From: Patescibacteria group bacterium
GTDB lineage: Bacteria; Patescibacteriota; Patescibacteriia; UBA11705; JABHMO01
NCBI GenBank assembly: GCA_018818405.1
Contig: JAHIRY010000038.1
Span: 35,449-99,448 of the forward strand
Length of the DNA: 64,000 nt
Reading direction: 5' to 3'
In this document: piece by piece, positions 1 to 10,207 of the stretch
Numbering within the stretch: position 1 is the stretch's first letter
Layout of the letters: every line of letters begins with the position of its first letter
The notes under the pieces: model-generated
What the model was told of the DNA's origin: nothing
What the model saw: only the letters and a program-made list of their open reading frames with translations
The model's database searches: none
Made by a program: the position numbers and the translations under genes

Positions 1-28
1 ATTCATTGACCTTTGCGCGGGAAATTTT

Positions 29-916
29 CTATTTCTTTTCCATCAACGCTTTCACCCAGTCCGGCGGATTTCCGTCGTAGACCTGTCTGAGAGCATCGCC
101 CACCGTCATATCGCCGAGCTCGGCGCGGATTTCTTCCGGCGTCAGCTCGGCAGAGGACAAATCGAGCGAATTTCCCTTTTCCGCGAGATAGTCCGCCAGG
201 TTCTGACCTTCTTCGGTCGAGAGCAAGGCTCGCGCCTCGTCTCTCGACAAAACCAAAACGCCGTCCGGCGACAGTCGCTCTCGCAAAAATGATTTGAAAA
301 TGTCAGCCGCTTCATTGCGCGCCAACTCTTCCTCCTCGGACATTTCTTCATCTTCCTCATCCGAAATAATTTCCGTGAACCACCAGTGATCCGGCGAAGC
401 TGGATCAGGCAGATCTGCCGCAAGGCCGGAGCGCTTCGGTCCGAGAACCGCACAACGCTGCAGAAGTTCTCGCAGTTCAGCATCGCAGGTGAATTTCATT
501 GAAATCTTTTCGCCGAACATCTCCCCCATCGCCAACCGAAATCTCTGCAGACGTTCACGAGCAATCAGCGCCTGCAGGATCTTCTCCTGAAGACGCTCCG
601 CTTGTCGCGGATTCCCGCTCAAAAGCGGAACATCATAGAAATCAGGCGGCGCATCTTTGGCCGATGCCAGAATCATCAAAATATTTTCCTCTTCAACCCG
701 ACAGGATTCCAAGAGGAGACAGGCAATTATCTGACGATCAGACTCTGTCAACTTCGCCATCATTGGCACCGCTTCATCCGGCTGCCACTCAGCCGCATAG
801 CCGAGCGCCAACAAAGCGTCTGACAGGTTGCATGCAAAAATCGCTTTCTCATAAATATCATCAGCACCATTCCAAGAATGAAAAAGATCACAGATCGTCT
901 GTCTCGGACTTTCCAT
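29..916 (-). CDS. hypothetical protein with acidic tract
   Basis: Long ORF. Strong RBS (CAGGAGG) precedes the ATG at 916, so this start is preferred over 943. No family recognised. Confidence 0.75.
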   Translation of the reverse strand: MESPRQTICDLFHSWNGADDIYEKAIFACNLSDALLALGYAAEWQPDEAVPMMAKLTESDRQIIACLLLESCRVEEENILMILASAKDAPPDFYDVPLLSGNPRQAERLQEKILQALIARERLQRFRLAMGEMFGEKISMKFTCDAELRELLQRCAVLGPKRSGLAADLPDPASPDHWWFTEIISDEEDEEMSEEEELARNEAADIFKSFLRERLSPDGVLVLSRDEARALLSTEEGQNLADYLAEKGNSLDLSSAELTPEEIRAELGDMTVGDALRQVYDGNPPDWVKALMEKK

Positions 917-1031
917 GGGAACCTCCTGTACGCCTGAGAACATATTACAATATCACTAAAAATTATTTTTGTCAATCCATTATCTAAAATTACTTAAAAA
1001 TTACATTTTTAATAAACTGTAAATTCTAACC

Positions 1032-1060
1032 TTGCCAATATTATAAAATTGCGTTAAACT
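1032..1060 (+). promoter_or_regulatory. sigma70-type promoter
   Basis: TTGCCA-N17-TAAACT upstream of RBS AAGGAGG and the ATG at 1107. Confidence 0.5.
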
Positions 1061-1106
1061 TTCGCTGAGTGTGAATTTCCCACAACAGCGGGCAAGGAGG
1101 TAAACA

Positions 1107-2090
1107 ATGGAAGTCGAACTGTTTCTCGATCAAATTACCAGAGGAATTGAAAGCTACCATGGCGCGAGTCTGCGCCAACTTGATCTTTCAATGCACAAAG
1201 CATTCGATGGCGGTGACGCAGTGCCGGACGAATTGTATGTGGTTGATTTTCCCGGTCTCGGATTGGGACAAGATCTCCTGCTCAACCGCCAACTGTGCGG
1301 CCTGCCTAAACTTCTGAGAATTCAAAAAACAGCGCACACCATGATGAGAACATTCGCGCTGTTTCATCCGGAATTTTTCACCGGTTCGAATCTCTCAGTC
1401 GCACAATTCGTCATTCACTGGGGCGGTCGGCCGATGGATCTGACAATCGCCAACCCGCCGCTGTTCCCGCAGATGATCGATACCTGTCTGCTCAAAATCA
1501 GACGATTTCCACAAGGAGATGATTGGAGAGGAGAACTGCAAGACAAAATCGGCGATTGGTATCAAGACGATCTTTATATCGCGGCTGAAGAATGCTCCGC
1601 ATCCGGCGCGTCATTCGAGTGCTTCGCTGAACTGGCATTTCAGAATCATGTGCCGAAAACGCTGATCGTCTTCCCTGTCTGCTGCAGTCTGGAAGGAATT
1701 CAGCGGCTGCACAAAGTTTGCCTCAAATACAATGTGCGGCTAATCGCTCTGCTCAATTCCGCACTCATCCAAGTAAACCCGATCGGAACAACGCTGCACA
1801 AGACCGATCTCGGTCTTCTGCCGAAAACAGTTGTCACTCGCGAATTTTACGATTTGCTTGATAAGCGATACCAAGGAACTCCGATCTGCTGGGTGGGAGA
1901 CATGGGCGAGAGCATTCACAAAATGCCAAAGCATATTCGAGACATGCTCGCCGATATGCGCAAACTGCAATTTGATCCAAAAAAAGAAAACTGGAAACTC
2001 TGGCCAACCTTCATCAGGGAAGCGCAATTCCAAACAGAACTCCTGCAAAAAGATCCGGAAACATATCGATACTTTCAGGAAATTTTCTAA
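1107..2090 (+). CDS. divergent type I phosphoribosyltransferase, uracil PRTase-like
   Basis: PRPP-loop-like YIAAEECSASGAS, then PVCCSLEGIQRL (cf. UPRT aapEGi..l) and C-terminal VGDMGE (cf. GDxGD). RBS AAGGAGG. Confidence 0.55.
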   Translation: MEVELFLDQITRGIESYHGASLRQLDLSMHKAFDGGDAVPDELYVVDFPGLGLGQDLLLNRQLCGLPKLLRIQKTAHTMMRTFALFHPEFFTGSNLSVAQFVIHWGGRPMDLTIANPPLFPQMIDTCLLKIRRFPQGDDWRGELQDKIGDWYQDDLYIAAEECSASGASFECFAELAFQNHVPKTLIVFPVCCSLEGIQRLHKVCLKYNVRLIALLNSALIQVNPIGTTLHKTDLGLLPKTVVTREFYDLLDKRYQGTPICWVGDMGESIHKMPKHIRDMLADMRKLQFDPKKENWKLWPTFIREAQFQTELLQKDPETYRYFQEIF

Positions 2091-2131
2091 AAAAAAACGG
2101 CGAACCGGAAACCGGTTCGCCGCATTTTTTT
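2090..2131. terminator. bidirectional intrinsic terminator
   Basis: A-tract, CGGCGAACCGG-aaa-CCGGTTCGCCG, T-tract, between convergent genes. Confidence 0.85.
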
Positions 2132-3047
2132 ACTTCAAAAATTCCAAAGCTATTTCCTCCGCTTGTTCTTCATTTTTCACCCAATGAATCCGCTCGTCGC
2201 GCCGAAACCAAGTCATCTGGCGCTTCGCGTATCTTCGCGTGTCGCGTTTGATCAGTTCAATCGCTTGTTCCAAAGAATATTTTCCGTTCAAATAATCGCA
2301 AACTTGCCAATAACCGATTCCGGTCATGCTCGGCAAATCGCAGGAATATCCGCCAGCCATTAATTTTTTCACTTCTTCGATCAAACCCGATTCAATCATC
2401 CGGTCAACGCGCTGATTTATTTTCTCATAAAGTTTTTCCCGCGGCGCGCCAACGCCGATTTGCAAAAATTCAAATTCAGAATCAATTTCTTTTTTCATTC
2501 GTTCAAACGGTTTTCCCGTGGCAAAACAAATCTCAGCCGCGCGCGCAACGCGCCGGGGATTTTTTGCGTCAATTTTATTTTCAATTTTCGGATCGATTTT
2601 TTTTATCTCTTCCAAGACGGCCGCAATCCCCTTTTCCTCAATCATTTTCTCAAATTTAATTCTCAATTTCTCATCAAAGCCGCCTCGCAAATCATAATTA
2701 TCTATCAACGCGGAAACATACAATCCGGTTCCGCCGACAATTATCGGCAATTTCATCTGACCGACTTCGCTTATTTGTTTTCGCGCCGATCCGAGCCAAT
2801 CATCCAATGTAGAATTTTCATCCGGCGCAACAACATTCACCAAAAATTCTTCTATTCCGTCAAAAAAATATTTTCCGTTTTTCTCGGTCAGCGGATCTTT
2901 GTTTGTTCCGATATCCATTTCTCGATAAACCTGCCGCGAATCAGCGGAAATCAAAAAACCGTTGAACTTTTTTGCCAGTTCAAGCGCGACTTTTGATTTT
3001 CCAGAGGCTGTCGGCCCGAGTACGACAATGATTTTTATTTTTTTCAT
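2130..3047 (-). CDS. miaA: tRNA dimethylallyltransferase
   Basis: GPTASGKS, ISADSRQVYR, VGGTGLY, TRRYAKRQMTWFR. Start placed at MKKIKI. Confidence 0.97.
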   Translation of the reverse strand: MKKIKIIVVLGPTASGKSKVALELAKKFNGFLISADSRQVYREMDIGTNKDPLTEKNGKYFFDGIEEFLVNVVAPDENSTLDDWLGSARKQISEVGQMKLPIIVGGTGLYVSALIDNYDLRGGFDEKLRIKFEKMIEEKGIAAVLEEIKKIDPKIENKIDAKNPRRVARAAEICFATGKPFERMKKEIDSEFEFLQIGVGAPREKLYEKINQRVDRMIESGLIEEVKKLMAGGYSCDLPSMTGIGYWQVCDYLNGKYSLEQAIELIKRDTRRYAKRQMTWFRRDERIHWVKNEEQAEEIALEFLK

Positions 3048-3258
3048 AATACTTGACCGAAAACACTTCAATCTGCTCATAACGCTAAATTAGCGCTTTA
3101 TTATATCAAAGCAGACAACAAAACATGGAACAATCCAATGTCGAATAAGTATATCTCATTTCTAATATTTTTGGAAGCGATTTGAACAAATATTATTATT
3201 CATAAAATTTTCGTGCTATAATTAACTCGTAAAAATTAATGAATAAACTTGTAAATTT

Positions 3259-3663
3259 ATGATGGGATTCAACGCAAACATTGAAAAAGAAACATTGGAA
3301 AATGAAAATTTCCGCAAAGTTTTGTACACAGCGAAACACAGCCAATTGGTGCTGATGAATTTAAAACCGAATGAAGAAATCGGAATGGAAATCCATGCGG
3401 ACAACGATCAATTCTTCCGTTTTGAAAAAGGCCAAGGGAAATGCGTAATCAACGGCAATGAATATGAAGTCAGCGACGGAAGCGCTGTCATTATTCCCGC
3501 CGGAGCGGAACACAACATAATTAACGCTTCAGATACGGAAGATTTAAAACTCTATACGATTTATTCACCGGCTCATCACAAAGACGGAGTTGTCAGATCC
3601 ACGAAAGAAGAAGCTGAAGCCGAAGGGAATGAAGAAGAATTTGACGGCGTGACAACGGAATAA
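3259..3663 (+). CDS. cupin domain protein
   Basis: Cupin motifs EIGMEIH..NDQFF and IIPAGAEHNIIN, LYTIYSPAHH. Confidence 0.9.
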   Translation: MMGFNANIEKETLENENFRKVLYTAKHSQLVLMNLKPNEEIGMEIHADNDQFFRFEKGQGKCVINGNEYEVSDGSAVIIPAGAEHNIINASDTEDLKLYTIYSPAHHKDGVVRSTKEEAEAEGNEEEFDGVTTE

Positions 3664-3747
3664 TTTTTAAACTTTTCTTCACCCCAAAAATTGCTTATAA
3701 AATAAAATTTATTAGCTATCACCGTTAACATCTAACAATGCCCCAAA

Positions 3748-4040
3748 ATGAATAAACAAAAAAAGAGGCTCAAAATTGCTGGGAATATTGGGATTGCGAT
3801 ATTGAAGTGCGAAAAAAATGCGCCGCCTACACAACTGATTCGGGACGGGAATGCTGGATGCTCGCCGGATCATTTAATAAAGCGCCAAATTGTCCGAAAC
3901 TAAAACAGCATTTCAAAGATTGCTGGGAATGTCCATGGTTTTTGAAAATGAACCCGTCATTCAAAGATGAACCAGCTTCGTCGAGGGAAGAACTGTTCAG
4001 CAGTCTCTGGCGATCGGGAGAAACGCTGGGATCTTATTGA
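3748..4040 (+). CDS. small Cys/Trp-rich (two-CW-like) protein, N-terminus disrupted or frameshifted
   Basis: The frame reads NCWEYWDC...CAAY...RECWMLAG...CWECPWF. The first CW motif lies upstream of the called start at 3807 with no open in-frame ATG. Confidence 0.55.
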
Positions 4041-4097
4041 AAAATAAATCCACATTTCAAAATGTCCGAACCGATTTTTTATAATTTTAAATAATCA

Positions 4098-4817
4098 ATG
4101 TCCATCCTTTACATCACATTGCTCACAATAGGCGCGGCCGCGATCGGAACAATAACCGGATTCGGAACTTCGACAATCATGCTTCCGATCCTGCTTTTGT
4201 TCTTTCCTTTGCATGAAACGCTTCTGCTCGTCGGAATCATCCACGGATTCGGCAATATCTGGAAAATATATTTTTTCAAAAAAGGCCTGCGCTGGAAATT
4301 GATTTTGTTATTCGGAATTCCCGGAATTTTCGCCTCTTACTTGGGCGCGCGAATCGTATTTTCTTTTCCGGAAAAAACACTGTCGCAAATTCTCGGCGGA
4401 TTTTTGGTCGCTTATGTAATTTTTTTATTTTTCAATCCGAAATTCAAAGCGCCGAAAAACAGTATTACCGCAATGGCCGGAGGAACTCTCTCCGGATTGT
4501 TCTCCGGAATTTTCGGAATGGGCGGCGCGGTCAGAAGCGCATTTCTCAGCGCATTTGATCTGCGGAAATCAATCTTCATCGCCACTGCCGGCGCGATCGG
4601 CCTGTTCATCGACACCACGAGAATCGCAACTTATCTGACAAACGGCGCGCGATTGGAAACAAATCTGCTGATCGGACTTTTTATTTTCATTCCCGCTTCT
4701 TTCCTCGGAGCGTTTGTCGCGAAAAAAATCGTATCGCGAATTCCTCAAAATAAATTTCGCATAATTATCACTGCATTTATATTTATCATCGGAATAAAAT
4801 TATTGGTATTCCCATAA
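4098..4817 (+). CDS. TSUP (TauE/SafE) family transporter
   Basis: Multi-TM protein with GTITGFG and SGIFGMGG repeats typical of the family. Confidence 0.85.
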   Translation: MSILYITLLTIGAAAIGTITGFGTSTIMLPILLLFFPLHETLLLVGIIHGFGNIWKIYFFKKGLRWKLILLFGIPGIFASYLGARIVFSFPEKTLSQILGGFLVAYVIFLFFNPKFKAPKNSITAMAGGTLSGLFSGIFGMGGAVRSAFLSAFDLRKSIFIATAGAIGLFIDTTRIATYLTNGARLETNLLIGLFIFIPASFLGAFVAKKIVSRIPQNKFRIIITAFIFIIGIKLLVFP

Positions 4818-4833
4818 AAAATAACGGCAACTT

Positions 4834-5307
4834 ATGAAACCATCAATAAAAAAAGGCTTCAGCTTCGGACTCACTTCCGGCATTATTACCACGCTCGGCT
4901 TGATTGTGGGATTGAATTACAGCACGCATTCGCAAATCGTCGTAATCAGCGGAATTATCGTCATTGCCATCGCTGACGCGCTTTCCGACGCATCCGGCAT
5001 TCATCTCTCCGAAGAATCGGAAAATAAACATTCGACAAAAGAAATCTGGGAATCAACCGTCTCAACATTTTTGTCAAAATTTTTTTTCGCCATAACCTTT
5101 GTAATTCCCTTTTTGCTTTTTTCCCTTTCAACGGCAATGATTATCAGCGTATTCTGGGGATTATTATTAATTTCCATTTTCAGCTTTTATATCGCAAAAC
5201 AAACAAAATCAAGATCATACAAAGTAATCGCCGAACATTTACTTATCGCCATAACGGTTGTCATCGTCACAAAGTTTGTCGGCGCGTGGACGGCAACCCT
5301 TCGTTAA
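4834..5307 (+). CDS. VIT1/CCC1-like membrane protein
   Basis: FGLTSGIITTLG...IADALSDASGIHLSEESE motif. Confidence 0.75.
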   Translation: MKPSIKKGFSFGLTSGIITTLGLIVGLNYSTHSQIVVISGIIVIAIADALSDASGIHLSEESENKHSTKEIWESTVSTFLSKFFFAITFVIPFLLFSLSTAMIISVFWGLLLISIFSFYIAKQTKSRSYKVIAEHLLIAITVVIVTKFVGAWTATLR

Positions 5308-5323
5308 TAAATTATTCTTTCTT

Positions 5324-5761
5324 ATGAATATAAAAAAAATACTGGCGCCAAATTTTTTCTCTCTTCTCGGAATTTTTGCGATTATTGCCGCTTATCTCGC
5401 GATTCCTTTTTCAATGGAACTGAAACAAAAACTTTTTCCCGCCATTGCCGTACTGGCGATTTTATTTTTTCTCCTCGGAATAGCATTGCTTGTCATGACG
5501 ATAAAATCAAAAACAAAAGGCAAACTCAAATTATTTCTTATTTTCACCGGAGCATCGGCAATCGCTTTTCCCGTCAGCGTCATTCTGCACAATGTCATTT
5601 ACGGATTGTTCATTCATTTCTTCGGAGAAAATTTCTGGGGAAACGGCGGAGACGAACCTGTTTTTTTCATTTTGGCGACAATGGTTTGTCCGATAATTTT
5701 TCTCATCGGAGCGATCGGAAGTTCGATTATTTTTTTCAAACAAAATAAAAAATTTTCATAA
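5324..5761 (+). CDS. hypothetical membrane protein, about 4 TM
   Basis: Hydrophobic ORF directly after the previous gene. Start placed at MNIKK. Confidence 0.7.
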   Translation: MNIKKILAPNFFSLLGIFAIIAAYLAIPFSMELKQKLFPAIAVLAILFFLLGIALLVMTIKSKTKGKLKLFLIFTGASAIAFPVSVILHNVIYGLFIHFFGENFWGNGGDEPVFFILATMVCPIIFLIGAIGSSIIFFKQNKKFS

Positions 5762-5812
5762 CACCGCCGTCCCGCTTATCAAATTTTAGAAATAGTTGCA
5801 AACAGCCAAAAT

Positions 5813-5846
5813 AAAAAACTCGGACAAATAATTTCCGAGTCTTTTT
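5813..5846. terminator. probable bidirectional terminator
   Basis: AAAAAACTCGGA...TCCGAGTCTTTTT between convergent genes. Confidence 0.6.
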
Positions 5847-5856
5847 GTTTAAAAAA

Positions 5857-7128
5857 TCAAACGATTAAAATCCAAGTCAACGCTTCTTTTATTTTAACAT
5901 TAACAATATCTCCCTTTTTGCAATTTGAATTGTAAATTCTCACGCGCTTCATTTCCCTTGAATTCCCTTCGGCAAAATCTTTTTCCGCTTTATCAATCAA
6001 CACTGAAACTTCTGTTCCCAAATATTTTTGATTCTTTTTCAGCGTGATTTTTTCCATCAGATCTTGCAACTCATGCCAGCGCCGCTTTTTTTCGTCGCGG
6101 GAAACATCGTCTTTCAACTTTGCCGCCACCGTTCCTCTTCTCGGCGAATACATGGCGAGAAAAGCGATATCGAATTTTATTTTCTCATAAAATTTCAAAG
6201 TGTTTTCAAATTGCTCGCGCGTTTCTCCGGGAAATCCGACAATAATGTCAGTGCCGATGGCAATATTCGGTTTGATTTTTCCTAGTTTCAAAATTATATT
6301 CTCATAATCTTCAACCGTGTACTTTCTGTTCATTGCATTCAAAATTTCATTGTCCCCTGATTGCAAAGCCAAATGCAAATAATTCGCCATTTTCGGCAAA
6401 GCCATCGCTGCTATCACTTCATCATTCATGTCCTTCGGATGAGCGGCAACAAATAAAATTCTTTCGATGCCGACTGTTTGATTCACTTCCCAGAGAAGCT
6501 TGGCAAAAGCATGATTGAAAGGATTTTGCTCGGAAAAACTTTCCGCGTCCTCAGGCGAAAAAGAATTTACATTTTGGCCGAGCAATGTTATTTCCTTGCA
6601 TCCGTTCTTTGCCGATTCATTTATTTCCGCCAAAATTTCTTTTATCTTTCTGCTGGATTCCCCGCCTCGAACATAAGGCACCGCGCAATAACTGCAATAA
6701 TTGTCGCAACCTGACATGATCGGAACATTTGATTGAAAATAATTATCATACTTCGGCAAAATATCAAAATAATTTTTACTAATATACAAATTTCTTCCGC
6801 TCAAAAACATTTCCAGTTCATTCAAATTTTTAATATTGAATACAAAATCAAAATTTTTTGACAAACGTTTTCTATCCTCCGGAAGCACGCAGCCGGTGAG
6901 AATGGTTGTCATCTTTTTTTCGTTTCTTTCATTTTCAAACTTTTTCAAAAATCCCCAAATGCGATTGATCGCGGTCTGGCGAACCGAACAAGCGTTGACA
7001 GCAACAATGTCCGCCCGTTCCGCGCTATCAGCCAAACGATAACCCAACCGTTCGAAAACAGCGGCCGCTCGCTCCGAGTCTGACCTGTTCATCTGACAGC
7101 CAAAGGTAATAATATGATATGTTTGCAT
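5857..7128 (-). CDS. miaB: tRNA-2-methylthio-i6A37 synthase (radical SAM)
   Basis: TFGCQMN, NACSVR, CDNYCSYC, TDIIVGFPGET, C-terminal TRAM-like region. Confidence 0.93.
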   Translation of the reverse strand: MQTYHIITFGCQMNRSDSERAAAVFERLGYRLADSAERADIVAVNACSVRQTAINRIWGFLKKFENERNEKKMTTILTGCVLPEDRKRLSKNFDFVFNIKNLNELEMFLSGRNLYISKNYFDILPKYDNYFQSNVPIMSGCDNYCSYCAVPYVRGGESSRKIKEILAEINESAKNGCKEITLLGQNVNSFSPEDAESFSEQNPFNHAFAKLLWEVNQTVGIERILFVAAHPKDMNDEVIAAMALPKMANYLHLALQSGDNEILNAMNRKYTVEDYENIILKLGKIKPNIAIGTDIIVGFPGETREQFENTLKFYEKIKFDIAFLAMYSPRRGTVAAKLKDDVSRDEKKRRWHELQDLMEKITLKKNQKYLGTEVSVLIDKAEKDFAEGNSREMKRVRIYNSNCKKGDIVNVKIKEALTWILIV

Positions 7129-7281
7129 AAAAATTTGACAAAATAAAACATTTATTTCATTGTTTTATCTAATTTTATTTAATTAAATATATCAAATGAA
7201 AAAATAAAATTCAAGCGCCAAGCTCTTCAAAAATCATAAAAAAAATGTTATGATAGGGACATTACTTTCACATGACTTAAT

Positions 7282-7683
7282 ATGATTATCCATTTCTACA
7301 AATTCATCAACAATATTAAATCAAGTCCGGCCAGGAAAAACAAATTGCTTTTGATTTCCACCGGCATTGGCCTCGTACTAAACGGATTGATTTGGGCGTT
7401 AATTCTCCTAAAACTCCGACCGGTCGTGAGCCATCTTCCGGCTGACCAGGCATTCATTCCCCTGCATTACAACATTTATTTGGGAGTTGATTCCTATGGC
7501 CGCTGGGAAAAACTTTTTCTTTTGCCCGGAGCCGGAATATTATTTTGGTTTGTTAATTCCCTGTTCGCGGCGATTTTATTCAGCAAAAAAGAAATTCTCA
7601 GTTATTTTTTATCACTAACCTCAACGATTCTTCAAGTATTTCTATTGATCTCAACTATTTTTATAGTTCTAATTAACATCTAA
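7282..7683 (+). CDS. conserved membrane protein (IPLHYN motif, DUF1648-like)
   Basis: Three TM segments with IPLHYNIYLGVD..G.W. Leads the mraY operon. Confidence 0.7.
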   Translation: MIIHFYKFINNIKSSPARKNKLLLISTGIGLVLNGLIWALILLKLRPVVSHLPADQAFIPLHYNIYLGVDSYGRWEKLFLLPGAGILFWFVNSLFAAILFSKKEILSYFLSLTSTILQVFLLISTIFIVLINI

Positions 7684-7697
7684 ACAATTTTATAATT

Positions 7698-8747
7698 ATG
7701 GAAACTTCCATTGTATTCAAAATCGGAGTACTTAGCATTTTATCTTTTCTCATAGCTTTTTTTTGCACTCCGTTGCTTTCTCATTTTCTCTATAAATTCA
7801 AACTGGGAAAACAAATTCGCGACGCAAAAGAAACTCCGATTTTTTCCAATTTGCACAAAGAGAAAGAAGGCACGCCGACAATGGGAGGAATTCTGATCTG
7901 GGGAGCGACACTGATTATCGCATTAACATTTTATATTTTGCATTTTTTCTTTCCCGGATCTTTTCTCGGAGATTTGAATTTTCTGACGAGAGGCCAGACG
8001 CTTTTGCCGCTCGGAGCGCTCATCATTGCCGCCATTCTCGGACTTGTTGACGATTATCTGGGAGTAAAAAAAATCGGACCCAAAGGAGGCGGACTGGGAA
8101 TGCTTTACCGGCTCGGACTTTACGCAGTCATCGCTCTTGGCGGCGCTCTCTGGTTTTATTTCAAACTTGGCTGGGATGTTTTCCATGTTCCTTTTGTCGG
8201 AAATTTTGAAATCGGATTTTGGTATCTCCCGCTTTTCATATTTATCATTGTGGCCACCGCTTTTTCCGTCAATGAAACAGACGGACTCGACGGATTGGCC
8301 GGAGGAACATTGGCCACCGCTTTTGCGGCTGAAGGCGCGATCGCTTTTGCGCAGGGAAAATTCGAGCTGGCCGCTTTTTGCGGAGTGATCATGGGAGCTC
8401 TGATCGCTTTTCTCTGGTTCAATATCAATCCCGCCAGATTTTTTATGGGAGACACCGGCGCGATGAGCCTCGGAATCGTGCTCGGTATTATTGCAATGCT
8501 CACAAACACCGCATTGCTCTTGCCGATCATCGGATTTATTTTTGTAATAGAATCATTGTCCGTCATTATTCAAATATTATCAAAAAAAATTCGCGGCAAA
8601 AAAGTTTTTCTATCCGCTCCCATTCACCATCATCTGCAAGCCATCGGCTGGTCGGAAACAAAAATAGTAATGCGTTTCTGGCTGATTTCCTCCATTACCG
8701 CGGTCATCGGCGTTGTAATATTTTTATTGGACAAAGGGTGGTATTAA
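7698..8747 (+). CDS. mraY: phospho-N-acetylmuramoyl-pentapeptide transferase
   Basis: KEGTPTMGG, GLVDD, NETDGLDGL, FMGDTG, APIHHH. Confidence 0.97.
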   Translation: METSIVFKIGVLSILSFLIAFFCTPLLSHFLYKFKLGKQIRDAKETPIFSNLHKEKEGTPTMGGILIWGATLIIALTFYILHFFFPGSFLGDLNFLTRGQTLLPLGALIIAAILGLVDDYLGVKKIGPKGGGLGMLYRLGLYAVIALGGALWFYFKLGWDVFHVPFVGNFEIGFWYLPLFIFIIVATAFSVNETDGLDGLAGGTLATAFAAEGAIAFAQGKFELAAFCGVIMGALIAFLWFNINPARFFMGDTGAMSLGIVLGIIAMLTNTALLLPIIGFIFVIESLSVIIQILSKKIRGKKVFLSAPIHHHLQAIGWSETKIVMRFWLISSITAVIGVVIFLLDKGWY

Positions 8748-8748
8748 A

Positions 8749-8792
8749 TAAGCGAGATAAGTTTATCCCGCCCGCGGCGGGGCGAGTTAAGT
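8749..8792. repeat. dispersed intergenic repeat, copy 1
   Basis: TAAGCGAGATAAG...TTTATCCCGCCC..GG..G..CGAGTTAAGT. Near-identical at 42406-42474 and related at 11332-11424. Confidence 0.7.
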
Positions 8793-8869
8793 GTATCATT
8801 CAATATTCTATATTCTGTCACCTCAAACCCCTAAAATGAAAAAGCTTGCGCCAATGTTAAACGAACAGT

Positions 8870-10207
8870 ATGAAAAAATTTCCCAGTTTCAAAAACAAAA
8901 AAATTCTCATCCTCGGACTCGGTTTGCTCGGACGCGGAATCAAGGATGCTATTTTTTTTGCGGAAAAAGGAGCTGACGTTAGAATTACGGATTTGAAGAC
9001 AGCTGATCAACTGAAAGAATCATTGGAAAAATTGAAAAAATATAATTTTAAATTCACTCTGGGCGAACACAAGGAGCAAGATATTTTGGAAGCTGATCTT
9101 ATTATTCGCAACGCCGCTGTTCCCGCATCTTCCGAATTTTTAAAATTTGCAAAAAAGAAAAAAATTCCGGTTGACATGGATGAATCTTTGTTCGCCGAAT
9201 ATTGTCCTTGTCCGATCATCGGCATTACCGGCACCAGAGGCAAGAGCACCACAACCGCGCTGATCGGAAAAATTTTGCAAAACAATCTGGAATTTTTAAA
9301 AAGAAAAAATGTTTATGTGGCGGGCAACATAAAAGGAGAAGCCACGCTTCCGCTGATCGACAAAGTGACAAAAGATGATTTGGTTGTTCTCGAACTTTCC
9401 AGCTGGCAACTCCAAGGATTCGGCCGAAAAAAAATCAGTCCCCATATTTCGATTGTCACCAATATTTATCCGGATCATCTCAATTCCTACAAAAACATGA
9501 GAGAATACGCCAATGACAAAAAATTTATTTTTCTTTTCCAGAAAAAAAAGGACTTCTGCATTTTGAATGAAAAAAATCCTTACACAAAAAAAATGGGACC
9601 GGAAGTAAAATCAAAATTGATCTGGTTTTCAAAAAAAGATGTGCCAAAAAATTGGAAATTAACAATGCTCGGAAAACATAATTTAGAAAACGCGTCCTCC
9701 GCCATGGCAGTGGGAAAAATTCTCGGACTTTCAAAAAAACAAATGCAATCAAGCATCTCTGAATTTCCCGGTCTGGAACATCGGCTTGAATTTGTAAAAA
9801 AATTGAATAATGTGAACTTTATAAACGACACAACCAGCACCACTCCCATTGCCGGCCAAAAAGCGCTCGAAGCCATTCCCGGACCAATCATTCTCATCGC
9901 CGGCGGCGCGAGCAAAAATTTGATATTAAAAGATTTCGCGAAAACAATAGTAAAAAAAGCGAAAAGCGTTATTCTTCTCGACGGAAATGCCACGGACGCG
10001 CTGGAACGCGATATCAAATATTTTGGCGGCGATCATCTGATCATCGGACGCTTCAACGATTTCAATGAAGCTGTGACGCGAGCGTATGACCATAGCTTGC
10101 CCGGCGATACTATTTTATTGTCTCCCGGTTGCGCCAGTTTTGGATTGTTTGTCAATGAATTTGACCGCGGAGAACAATTCAAAAAAATAGTTAACAAACT
10201 TCAATAA
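8870..10207 (+). CDS. murD: UDP-MurNAc-L-Ala:D-Glu ligase
   Basis: GITGTRGKSTT, LELSSWQL, NIYPDHL, EHRLE, LLSPGCASF. Confidence 0.96.
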   Translation: MKKFPSFKNKKILILGLGLLGRGIKDAIFFAEKGADVRITDLKTADQLKESLEKLKKYNFKFTLGEHKEQDILEADLIIRNAAVPASSEFLKFAKKKKIPVDMDESLFAEYCPCPIIGITGTRGKSTTTALIGKILQNNLEFLKRKNVYVAGNIKGEATLPLIDKVTKDDLVVLELSSWQLQGFGRKKISPHISIVTNIYPDHLNSYKNMREYANDKKFIFLFQKKKDFCILNEKNPYTKKMGPEVKSKLIWFSKKDVPKNWKLTMLGKHNLENASSAMAVGKILGLSKKQMQSSISEFPGLEHRLEFVKKLNNVNFINDTTSTTPIAGQKALEAIPGPIILIAGGASKNLILKDFAKTIVKKAKSVILLDGNATDALERDIKYFGGDHLIIGRFNDFNEAVTRAYDHSLPGDTILLSPGCASFGLFVNEFDRGEQFKKIVNKLQ

